From contig CBDCXR010000004.1 of NCBI GenBank assembly GCA_965223845.1, forward strand, positions 2,848,001 to 2,912,000: a DNA stretch of 64,000 nt, in the 5' to 3' direction. The DNA is from Planctomycetota bacterium (GTDB lineage: Bacteria > Planctomycetota > UBA8108 > SXIK01). The notes beneath the pieces are model-generated. The model did not search any database and was not told the origin of the DNA. It was given only the letters and a program-made list of their open reading frames with translations. Positions 55,597 to 64,000 of this stretch are shown here, one piece after another; the first letter of the stretch is position 1; each line of letters starts with the position of its first letter. Position numbers and translations under genes: made by a program.

Positions 55597-56733
55597 CTAC
55601 TGACACCGCTCAAAGGTGTCGCAGTCCACCCCGTCCTCCGTAGGATCGAAGCCGCATTGCGTCATGCCAGGAAGCGGAACGACGCCGTTACCGAGGAACA
55701 GCACACCCAGCGTGTTGAGCGCATCGGAGATATCCACGGTGCCGTCGTCGTTCGAATCGCAGGCGTCGTCGCACGGAGCATCCTCTTGGCCGACGAAGAG
55801 AGACCTGAGAGTGAAGACCGCGTCGGAGATGTTGACCCTGCTATCTTCGTTGCAGTCACCGCGACGGAAATCAGCGCCGGGCAACGGCGCCCGGCTCGCA
55901 ACGCGAAATCCTGTGTAGTAGCCGAAGGCCGTCGGACGTCTGAACACGCTTTTGAAGAACCAGCTGCTTCCCCAGGCTCCTCCGAATGCGCCTCGAAACG
56001 GATGGACTTCGCCCACCGCTTCGGTCCACTCCCAGACGTTCCCTGTTTGGTCGAACGTCCCGTAGAAGCTCGTTGCATGGCGATACGCTCCGACCTCCGT
56101 AGTTCCGTCCAGGTCACTGTCTGCGGTATTGACGGTAGTCGCGTCTCCCGGAGGCGGACCGAATGTAGGAGTCGCATCGCTCTGGGTCGCATAGTTCCAG
56201 TAGCCGCCCGCTCCGTCTGCCAACGTCGGATCGTAGTAGGCCGCCTTCTTCCACTCGTCATAGCTGGGGAGAAAAAACGTCGCGTCTAGTGCGCGGGATT
56301 CACCCACGCCCGTTCCTATGGTGTAAGTGCCGCTTTCAGTTCCGCCTGTGCCCTGTCCGTTTTCCAGCCAGTTTACGAAACGCATGACGTCGAAGAAGCT
56401 GACGAACGTCACTGGATGTCTCTCGAATCCGGCTAAGGCAGAGTAGCGGAAGCTGCCGCTGGAACCGGTTCGCGTGATACGCATGCGCTCGTCGAATAGC
56501 TCGTGCGGGTCCTCCGAGGCAACGCTAGTCAAGAACTCCGCGTATTGCTCCGTCGTGACTTCGTGCTTGCTGATCCGATACTCGTAATCCACCGAGCCAC
56601 CGAGGCTGGTGCCAGCACGATCTCTCTCGGGCTCGTTTCCTGGATCACCGACCGTCGTCCAGTCGAACTCAACTTCGCCGACCGCAGAACTGCAACAGCA
56701 CATCAAGACAAGCAGGTTCAGTCGTGCGCGCAT
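55597..56733 (-). CDS. Secreted SUMF1/FGE-sulfatase-domain protein with a C-terminal dockerin-like domain
   Basis: WTTVGDPGN..YRISKHEVTTEQYAEFL, PSYDEWKKAAYY, DQTGNVWEW, GFRVAS, then FRRGDCNEDSRVNISDAV..CDSNDDGTVDISDA; ATG 56733. Confidence 0.88.
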   Translation of the reverse strand: MRARLNLLVLMCCCSSAVGEVEFDWTTVGDPGNEPERDRAGTSLGGSVDYEYRISKHEVTTEQYAEFLTSVASEDPHELFDERMRITRTGSSGSFRYSALAGFERHPVTFVSFFDVMRFVNWLENGQGTGGTESGTYTIGTGVGESRALDATFFLPSYDEWKKAAYYDPTLADGAGGYWNYATQSDATPTFGPPPGDATTVNTADSDLDGTTEVGAYRHATSFYGTFDQTGNVWEWTEAVGEVHPFRGAFGGAWGSSWFFKSVFRRPTAFGYYTGFRVASRAPLPGADFRRGDCNEDSRVNISDAVFTLRSLFVGQEDAPCDDACDSNDDGTVDISDALNTLGVLFLGNGVVPLPGMTQCGFDPTEDGVDCDTFERCQ

Positions 56734-56994
56734 GATCGCTTCCTTTCGTTGCGGATACCGTCCCAAGTACCGCGCGGTCACTCTCGAGGCCGCCCTCGGG
56801 TGGGATGGGGAAATGTGTTCCGCTGTACCTTCTCATCCACCGTCAAGGTCCAATCCCAACATGCGAATCGAGAGGCGGTTTGCGATGCCGTTGTAATGTC
56901 TTCGCCAATCGAGCATGAGGATCGAAGTCTGCAGTGCCCGTTCGGCGAGGATCGGGATTCTTTTGAAATCTGATGTTGGGAATGGGGATCATCG

Positions 56995-57482
56995 GTGGAT
57001 CCCTTCATCGCGCAGTTCGTCCGCGCCGAACGATCCATCCGAGCGTTGCTGTTGGCCGCTACGGGAGACGTAAGTCTCGCCGAAGATCTGCTGCAACGTT
57101 GCCTGCTCGCCTTGGGAGAAGTGGCCGCAGCAAGGCTGCCGAGCGTCCGTTTCGGGGCGGGCTTTGGGAGTTGCGCGGATCGAGATCTTCCGCTGGCGTC
57201 GATCACCAACTCGACATCGGATGGTTTCGACGATCGAATCCTCGGACCACTTGTGGTGGCCGCAGACCGGGCAGCAGAAGAGGCCGACCGGAGTCTTGCG
57301 ATGCTGGCCGAGTGTCCTCGCTGTCGAATCTCTGCGGATTTCGATCGCGATTGAAGGAGAGAAATCACGCGCGAACTGGTGACTTCCAGCGAGAAGTTAC
57401 CGATCAACTGGTGAGAGAAAGTCACCAGTCGAACTCGCCGAGAGCTGCGGAGATAGAAGCTCAGAGTCTGCGGAGCTCGTGA
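56995..57482 (+). pseudogene. Frameshifted planctomycete-type ECF sigma factor remnant
   Basis: Pieces in three frames: FIAQFVRAERSIRALLLAATGDVSLAEDLLQ / ERPFRG / GVARIEIFRWRR / FDDRILGPL..LAMLAEC. Confidence 0.6.
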
Positions 57483-57595
57483 CTTTGAATCTCACGCTGT
57501 TCTATCTCTGCGAATGAGAAGCCGATAGAACGGACGGGTGTTCTCGAAGAAGTCGAAGCGTTCAAATGCCTCGCCGGCGGCTCCGAGCGCGCGAA

Positions 57596-59512
57596 CTATA
57601 AATCCACCCCGACCGCGGAAAAATCCGTCGCCGTACCTTTGACGTAAATCCCGTAGTACCGGACTTCCTTCAGACCCGCGGGCAGCCGGACGTCGAAACT
57701 CTCGCCGCCGACAGTCGCCCGGCACTGGCGCTTCTCGAGGTCGAGCTCCACCGTGAGGTCGAATACCGGCGTCGGCTTCGCTCCTCTCCGTCCGCTCCGG
57801 CCGACGTTTCCCCAACCGCCCTCGAAGGCGACGTGCTCGCCCATTCCGATCGCCGTTCCGATTTTCAGCAAGTGCCGATTGGACGGCTCCGCACCGATCA
57901 CCAGTGCGGCGTTTCGCGTGCCGCTTGCGCGGGTCGAGCGGTAGCGCAGCTTGAACTTCGCCTTCCCTCTGATCGGCGAGTCGAGTTTCTCGAGGGCGAA
58001 CCCTTCGCCTTCCGCATCGAGACGGACGCCGAGCTCGCTCTGCGTAGCTCGAGCACCTTTGACGACGTCGAACTGCTTCGTCTGATCATCCCCATCCGGC
58101 AAAGGACCCGCGCTCTGTGTCCCGCGCCGCTGACGCCTCTGTCGCGGCGGCTCGTTCTTCCACCAGTCGGGACCCTCCGCCTTGACCGCCGCGTCGTGCG
58201 CGATCAGCCTCTTCTTCAGCTCTTCAAGCTTCTCCGGATACTTCTGGCTGAGATCCGTCGTCTCCTTCCAGTCGTCCTTCATGTTGAAGAGCTGGCAGCG
58301 GCTGATGTCCTCGTTGGCGACGATCTTCCAGTCGTCGATGCGGAGGGCAACTCGGCTGTCCGCCGAAGCGATGTGCGTCCTCCAGTAGAGAGGCTGTTCG
58401 CGACGGACGGGCTTTCCCTCGAGCGCGGGGAGCATGCTCGCTCCGTCGATCGTCCGATCTTTCGGAAGCGGAATCTCCGCGAGATGGCAGATCGTCGTGA
58501 AGATGTCGTGTCCGATGATCGGGACGTCACTCACCGAGCCGGGCTCGATTCCTCGCTTCTTGAAGTACGCGGGGAAGCGCACGATGCCGGGCACTCGAAT
58601 GCCGCCTTCATAGTCGTCGCGCTTCCGGCCGCGGAGCCCGCCGGTGGATCCTCTCGTCCGGCCCTTCGTCCCGCGACCCTCCGGCCCGTTGTCCGAAGTG
58701 TAGAAGACGCACGTATTCTCGGTGTGACCTAGCCTCTCGAGGGCGGCCATCAGCACACCGAAGGCGTGGTCGAGCTGCGTGATGTTGCCGTGATGCTGGC
58801 GCAGGCCCTCGTCCTCGAGGTGCGCGTACGGCTCCATGAAGCGCGGAGCGGACTCGATCGGCAGGTGCGGCTCGTGAGTCCACACGGTGATGAAGAACGG
58901 CTTCGCCGAGTCGCCGGCGGACTCGCGCTCGAGCCAACGGACCGCTTCGCTCACGGCGATGAGCGAAGACGGTCCCTCCATCCGCCCCACCGCCTTGCCG
59001 TTCCGGACGTAGTTGGTCGGGTTCAAGTGATGGGGCGCCGCGTTGTTCTGCGTCGCCAGCCAATGGTCGTATCCGTGATCACTCGGCTGCGGCTGCTCGG
59101 GGCTGTTGAAGTGGCCGTTCAGATGCCACTTGCCCGCGTGACAGGTGACGTAGCCCTTCTCCTTGAGCAACTCCGCGACGGTGATCTCGCTCGTTCGCAA
59201 ATGAACCTGATGTCCGGCGGGAATCCAGCGCCAGACACCGTTTCGGTACGGCGTGCGTCCGGTCAAGATCGCCGAGCGCGACGGAGAGCACACGCCGCAA
59301 GCCGAATAGCTCTGGGTGAATCGCACGCCCTGGGTGGCGAACTTGTCGATCGATGGAGACTTGATCTCCGGATGGCCGTAACAACCGAGGTCTCCCCAAC
59401 CTTGATCGTCCGTCAGAAAGACGACGAAATTGGGAAGCTCGGCGGAACGCGACTCGACGACGGTTGTCAGCAAGCCGATCGAGGCGAGGAACCACAGTGG
59501 AAGGTGCCGCAT
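57596..59512 (-). CDS. Arylsulfatase-family sulfatase with an extra C-terminal domain
   Basis: PNFVVFLTDDQGWGD, CSPSRSAILTGR, GKWHL, SDNG, YEGGIRVPGI; signal peptide. Confidence 0.95.
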   Translation of the reverse strand: MRHLPLWFLASIGLLTTVVESRSAELPNFVVFLTDDQGWGDLGCYGHPEIKSPSIDKFATQGVRFTQSYSACGVCSPSRSAILTGRTPYRNGVWRWIPAGHQVHLRTSEITVAELLKEKGYVTCHAGKWHLNGHFNSPEQPQPSDHGYDHWLATQNNAAPHHLNPTNYVRNGKAVGRMEGPSSLIAVSEAVRWLERESAGDSAKPFFITVWTHEPHLPIESAPRFMEPYAHLEDEGLRQHHGNITQLDHAFGVLMAALERLGHTENTCVFYTSDNGPEGRGTKGRTRGSTGGLRGRKRDDYEGGIRVPGIVRFPAYFKKRGIEPGSVSDVPIIGHDIFTTICHLAEIPLPKDRTIDGASMLPALEGKPVRREQPLYWRTHIASADSRVALRIDDWKIVANEDISRCQLFNMKDDWKETTDLSQKYPEKLEELKKRLIAHDAAVKAEGPDWWKNEPPRQRRQRRGTQSAGPLPDGDDQTKQFDVVKGARATQSELGVRLDAEGEGFALEKLDSPIRGKAKFKLRYRSTRASGTRNAALVIGAEPSNRHLLKIGTAIGMGEHVAFEGGWGNVGRSGRRGAKPTPVFDLTVELDLEKRQCRATVGGESFDVRLPAGLKEVRYYGIYVKGTATDFSAVGVDL

Positions 59513-60112
59513 TTTGATTCCTCCGATTTCAGATGTAGAAGCGCCGCGTCACGGCTCGGGAGACGGAGACGAGGCGGGGGCGAATCTACCGGCTCCGCAG
59601 CGATTCTCCCACGAGACAATGAAGGTGATTACACTAGCGGTGAAGGTCACTCGCCGACACCTCCCAATCGAACTATGGCTGGTCTAACCCGGACTCTCAC
59701 GTGAAACTCTACAACGACTCTGATCGGTGGAGGTGAATGCTGAGTGTCGACGGAAGACGGGAAGAAGCGCATGGAAGGTGTGAACGTGGTCGCGGAAAGG
59801 GGGACGAGATGAGTGTACGGAGTCGCGGAACGACGCGGTATCGACTTCTCGAAGAAGTCGATACGGTTTTCGTCGGCACTAGCGTTGCCCGCGGTGAGAC
59901 AGCATCCGAATCTCCACCAACCGACCCTCGAATATAGACAGTCTCCACACCGAGTCCTGGTCGACCCGCCTTCAAGTGGCCAGAAGGTGCATGGGCGCAC
60001 GAGGTTCAGTTTGGTTGACCACGCGAGGACCTCCAGCAGGCGACCAGAACGCCTCAGCCAAATTCCGATCTGAGTACGAGATCCGGCTGAGATGATCGGC
60101 TGCCCCATGCAC

Positions 60113-60175
60113 GGGAGTTTCTCATTGAAATCTGGTGAGAAGTCCCAAGAGGAGCGCAGCGGCGCAGCGGCGGCT
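60113..60175. repeat. Degenerate copy of the 45365 MITE end
   Basis: GGGAGTTTCTCA..TCTGGTGAGAAGTCCC..AGCGCAGCGGCG resembles GGGTTTCTCACCAGATTTGGTGAGCGAAGCGGCG. Confidence 0.4.
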
Positions 60176-60294
60176 GGATTCTTCTGAGGCTCAGGCTCGT
60201 GGTCGATCGAAGGGCTGCCTGGCTGGTCTCCTCGTTTACGCTGGAGCTCCTAAACCTTTTCGTTAAGGTGACTTGTGCGGTTGGATCGGCGCCC

Positions 60295-60323
60295 TTGACA
60301 ATAAAATTTGTCAATGCTACAGT
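60295..60323 (+). promoter_or_regulatory. Sigma70 promoter overlapped by a palindromic operator
   Basis: TTGACA-17nt-TACAGT; perfect TTGACAA-N6-TTGTCAA palindrome; ATG 6 nt after the -10 box. Confidence 0.75.
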
Positions 60324-60329
60324 TCCGTC

Positions 60330-60932
60330 ATGTTGGACGTAGATGTCATCGAAGAGCCCGGCGCCGCGACGATTGCCCTGGATCCCGTTCGGAGTCGGCT
60401 GCTCGCGGAGCTGGTGCAGCCGGCGTCGGCGGCGACCCTCGCTGGGCGCCTCGGATTGCCCCGGCAAAAGGTCAACTACCACCTGCGATCCCTCGAATCC
60501 CACGGCCTGGTTCGGGTCGCGGAGGAGCGTCGATGGGGCGGATTGACCGAGCGGCTCCTCGTCGCGACCGCGTCCTCCTATGTGGTTTCGCCCAAGGCGT
60601 TGGGTCCGGTCGGTGCAGACCCGCACCGGAGTGCCGATCGCCTTTCAGGCAGCTACCTCATTGCGCTCGCGGCTCGGATCATTCGCGAGTTGAGCGTACT
60701 CCTGAGGCGTTCGCGCGAGACGAACAAGGGGGTCGCGACCCTCTCCATCGATACCGAAGTCCGATTTCGCTCGGCGGCCGAACGCGCCGCGTTTACCGGT
60801 GAGCTCACCGGAGCCATCACATCTTTGGTTTCCAAGTATCACGATGCCGCAGCCGCTGGTGGCCGATCCCATCGCTTGGTGCTCGTCGCGCATCCCGTAC
60901 CCCACAAGCGCTCCACGAAGGAGGAGTCATGA
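60330..60932 (+). CDS. ArsR-like winged-helix transcriptional regulator
   Basis: ALDPVRSRLLAEL..SAATLAGRLGLPRQKVNYHLRSLESHGLV. Confidence 0.9.
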   Translation: MLDVDVIEEPGAATIALDPVRSRLLAELVQPASAATLAGRLGLPRQKVNYHLRSLESHGLVRVAEERRWGGLTERLLVATASSYVVSPKALGPVGADPHRSADRLSGSYLIALAARIIRELSVLLRRSRETNKGVATLSIDTEVRFRSAAERAAFTGELTGAITSLVSKYHDAAAAGGRSHRLVLVAHPVPHKRSTKEES

Positions 60933-61750
60933 GTGTTCAGAGTGACGAGTCCGGCAAGAGGTGGATTCAGGTCGAGGTCGAAGTTCCCGGTACACCCGAG
61001 GAGGTGTGGGAGGCGATCGCGACCGGCCCGGGTATGGAGCGCTGGTTCATGCCCGTTGGCGCTAACTACGAGGACACGGAGCAACGAGTCGGCGGGTCGA
61101 TTTACATGGGGAGCGGCGACCAGAAACAAAAGGTCGGAGAGTTCACTGAATGGGACCCACCGAATCGTTTTGTCGCGGAGGGGAAGAGCTGGGGACCCGA
61201 CGCTCCCCCGCTCGCCCATGAGTGGACCGTCGAAGCCCGAAGCGGGGGAACCTGCATAGTGCGGGTCGTCAACAGTTACTTCTCCGATGCCAGCGACTGG
61301 GACGACCAACTCACGGACATGAAGGGTGGCTGGACTCGGTTCTTCCGCATCCTGAAGCGCTACATGACCGAATTCCCCGGCCAGAGCTGCTCGGCCATCC
61401 ACCTGATGGGGCCGGCCTCCATTTCCCAGGCCGAGGTTTGGCAGGCGCTCGAGTCCGTCCTCGGCTTGGAGGGCGCCAAAGTTGGAGCCACATGGAGGTC
61501 GTCCGTCGCCGGAGCGTCAGAACTCTCCGGTACAGTCCATCAGCTCGAGCACGAAGCGACCTCGACCGCCCTCCTCAGTGTCGAAGGCCCTGTTTCGGGA
61601 ACGGCCTCTCCCCTCGCCTTCACGGTGGGCGGTCAGACCATGTTCGCGATCGGCATCTATCTCTACGGTGACTCCGCGGTCGACTTCGTCGCTCGGGAGG
61701 AACCCCATTGGCAAGCCTGGATGAAGGAGACCTTCTTTCCCGGTTCGTAG
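60929..61750 (+). CDS. SRPBCC/AHSA1-like protein
   Basis: VEVPGTPEEVWEAIATGPG..WF, EWDPPNRF, GWTRFFRIL; ATGA coupling to the regulator. Confidence 0.85.
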   Translation: MSVQSDESGKRWIQVEVEVPGTPEEVWEAIATGPGMERWFMPVGANYEDTEQRVGGSIYMGSGDQKQKVGEFTEWDPPNRFVAEGKSWGPDAPPLAHEWTVEARSGGTCIVRVVNSYFSDASDWDDQLTDMKGGWTRFFRILKRYMTEFPGQSCSAIHLMGPASISQAEVWQALESVLGLEGAKVGATWRSSVAGASELSGTVHQLEHEATSTALLSVEGPVSGTASPLAFTVGGQTMFAIGIYLYGDSAVDFVAREEPHWQAWMKETFFPGS

Positions 61751-62046
61751 TTCGGCCAGGAACCCTTCACGAGGTGTCTAGGGATACCCGAAGTGGGCGG
61801 TCCGCGAGACTCACGCGGACTGGGATCGTTCGAGACGACGCCGATGGCAACGGCCAGTGCAGATCAATGATCCCGTGGTCGTTTTGGATCGCTCCGTCCT
61901 GGGCCGTCCATCGCGCTGCGACGCCTTGCTCAGGCCTTCAGGCCCGACGACTCGTGCAGCGAGTACTACGGAGGAGTTGCGTCGCCATTCTTTAGTTTCC
62001 GATTCGACAGTCCGAGGACGCGGACCGTGAACCAGGCGCGCAGAGT

Positions 62047-62511
62047 CTAACTCGCCTCCGCGGCCGCGCTCGCCTCGGCCGCGACCTTGATGCTCTCGAG
62101 ATCCTTCTCGACGGCTTTCGCGCACGAGTTCAGCATGAACTTCATCATGACACTGAACACCTTCGCCATGAACGTGAGTGGCGTCGCGCTGAAGTCCATC
62201 GAGATTTCGGAGCCACTCCCGAGTGCCTTTACGGTGACGGTTGTGTCGTAGCGGCAACCGCAACTATTAGCGATCGTCGAGTACGAGTGAGGACGATCGA
62301 ACTTCGTGATCTCCATCTCCTCGGTCGCCTCACGCTTGAAGAGCACTCGAGTTTCGCGAAATCGCGTACCGACGCCGACCGGGCCGTCGGTGACGATCTC
62401 GATCTTCGTAATCGCCTCGACGATATCGGGTAGGCGCTCGAGGTCCGAGGCGATATCGAACACGATCTCGACCGGTGCCTCGACGCGCTTCGCCACAGTA
62501 AATCCTGCCAT
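62047..62511 (-). CDS. SRPBCC (polyketide cyclase-like) protein
   Basis: APVEIVFDIASD..GPVGVGTRFRETR..KDLESIK. Confidence 0.85.
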   Translation of the reverse strand: MAGFTVAKRVEAPVEIVFDIASDLERLPDIVEAITKIEIVTDGPVGVGTRFRETRVLFKREATEEMEITKFDRPHSYSTIANSCGCRYDTTVTVKALGSGSEISMDFSATPLTFMAKVFSVMMKFMLNSCAKAVEKDLESIKVAAEASAAAEAS

Positions 62512-62523
62512 CCGATTTCTCCG

Positions 62524-63135
62524 TCAATTGCGGCGCGTGAAAACGATCTCGACGACCTTCGTATTCTTCTCGCCGATAGGCAAGTCGTGGAGCTCCATGA
62601 CGAGCTTGTCCTTCGAGACGAAGCGCCAGACGGTCTTGACCATTTTGTCGTGCTCGCCGGTGAGGTACTCGTCGAGGGTGCCGTAGAGGAGGAGCGCCTT
62701 CCCACCGGGATCCATGTCGCCTTCCTGACGGACCATCGCCGTGTCCATCGAGCTCACGGCGGTCTGCACGTAGCTCATCTTGAAGTTGTCGTACCCGATG
62801 AGATAGAAGCCGTCGACGGTCTGCCCCATCATCCTGCCGTTCATCTTCGCCTGCAGCCAGCGCCCCTTCATGAGCCACGAGAACGACGCCTTGCCTTTCT
62901 CGGGCTTGGTGGCGTTTCCAGCCATGAAGATGCTCAGCTCGGTTTCCCATTCGCCGAGGAATCGCTCGAGTGCCTCGTGGTGCTTTCCGAGTTGGGTGAA
63001 GCGCTTCGCACGCTTCATCATTTCTTCCCAGGCAGCGTTTGGGGCGGCATCTTCCTCCTGCGTCGCAGAAGTGAATGACGGCGTCGAGGCGAGCGCGAGA
63101 AGCACACCCGCGGCGACGAGAAGGGTGGTTCGCAT
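62524..63135 (-). CDS. DUF1579-like exported protein
   Basis: Signal peptide; HEALERFLGEW, IGYDNFK..SSMDT. Confidence 0.75.
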   Translation of the reverse strand: MRTTLLVAAGVLLALASTPSFTSATQEEDAAPNAAWEEMMKRAKRFTQLGKHHEALERFLGEWETELSIFMAGNATKPEKGKASFSWLMKGRWLQAKMNGRMMGQTVDGFYLIGYDNFKMSYVQTAVSSMDTAMVRQEGDMDPGGKALLLYGTLDEYLTGEHDKMVKTVWRFVSKDKLVMELHDLPIGEKNTKVVEIVFTRRN

Positions 63136-63137
63136 AG

Positions 63138-64000
63138 CTAGTCTCCTTGTCGTTCGTTGGAATCGTCGCGATCGTCGACGCCCGCGCTTCGCTGAGCGAG
63201 CAAGCCGAGCACGAGGTAGCGTCGCTGGAGGCAGCCTTCGAGATCATCGATCGCGTCGGGGCCGATTTCGATTGGTGCCGCGAGCGGTTCGAGTGAAGCG
63301 GTCGGTGATGAGTTGCGTCGCGTGAGAGATCGTGTCTGCCGTTCCGGCCGGTCCACGTGTACGGCTGGGGATCCCGCGAAGCTCACACTCGATGAGCTTG
63401 GCGCGAGCGGTTCAGCCGAGAGCGCCCCGATCGGCGATCCATTCCGAACGGACGGTGCGGGTCGAACCGGACGAGAATCTAGCGGCAAACACGCGAAGAA
63501 CACGACGAGCAGAAACATCGCGGCGCTGACGCGACGCGACCGGGTTGCCCGGACGGCGGGACGATCGAGCCACCGAAGCCGCGTGAGGATCTGACTCGGG
63601 CGGCGGAGGACGCCGATCCCGATGTGCGCCTCGACCGCAGCGAATCTCGCGCCCGCGAGCTCGAGGAGGGTGCGACGGTACGCGGGTTGCTCGTCCCCGA
63701 GGAGTTGCGCCACGTCGTGATCACACGAAGCTTCGCGGAGTGTCTCGAGTCGGCGTCTCGCCACGTAGACGAGCGGGTGAAACCAGTAGACGACGTGAAG
63801 GGCGAGCGTCGCGAGCGCCCACCACGGGTCGCCACGCCTCAGATGCGTGAGCTCGTGAAGAAGGACATGCTCGAGCTGGTCCCGTCGCGAGAGCAAGTCG
63901 TGCGGGATGACGATTACTGGGTGAACGCAGCCGACGAGTCTCGCGCTGCTCATCTTCGCGTCGACGAGTACGCGCACTCGATGGCGCCTGAGACCAACTC
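63138..64000 (-). CDS. M56 (BlaR1/MecR1-like) metallopeptidase, 5' end outside the window
   Basis: VLLHELTHLRRGD, VYWFHPLV, REASCD, YRRTLL. Confidence 0.88.
   Translation of the reverse strand, partial: VGLRRHRVRVLVDAKMSSARLVGCVHPVIVIPHDLLSRRDQLEHVLLHELTHLRRGDPWWALATLALHVVYWFHPLVYVARRRLETLREASCDHDVAQLLGDEQPAYRRTLLELAGARFAAVEAHIGIGVLRRPSQILTRLRWLDRPAVRATRSRRVSAAMFLLVVFFACLPLDSRPVRPAPSVRNGSPIGALSAEPLAPSSSSVSFAGSPAVHVDRPERQTRSLTRRNSSPTASLEPLAAPIEIGPDAIDDLEGCLQRRYLVLGLLAQRSAGVDDRDDSNERQGD

Overview
This 64-kb window is a GC-rich chromosomal segment from a Planctomycetota bacterium, probably an uncultured lineage outside the Planctomycetia. Evidence: an exact Pla46F site and an EUB338-IV-type site in the 16S gene, a short 5S rRNA, PSD1/DUF1501 genes and dockerin-like C-termini. 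The core has housekeeping genes (pnp, rpsO, ruvX, dtd, dxs, xseAB, ymdB-like, rny, lgt, dxr, rseP) and a complete minus-strand rRNA operon (16S, tRNA-Ile, tRNA-Ala, 23S, 5S). Around it are secreted FG-GAP/CRTAC1-type proteins and an accessory right end (ECF sigma module, sulfatase, pseudogene debris). The top candidate is a pair of 'separate' ORFs (46730-48520 and 48542-50584) that read as one 1284-aa FG-GAP/ASPIC-UnbV + CxxC redoxin-like + TPR protein. It has one in-frame UGA followed 11 nt later by a SECIS-like hairpin, making it a candidate selenoprotein. Other non-obvious signals: a 3.75 x 113-bp structured tandem array downstream of pnp; a RAYT-like transposase start missed by the ORF track; a 205-bp MITE that supplies a stop codon; a dispersed CGAAG element with 10-bp phasing; a 6S-like RNA candidate upstream of rny; a lipoprotein gene split by TAG; and several apparently leaderless genes. 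All calls are by eye, with no database searches or folding programs.
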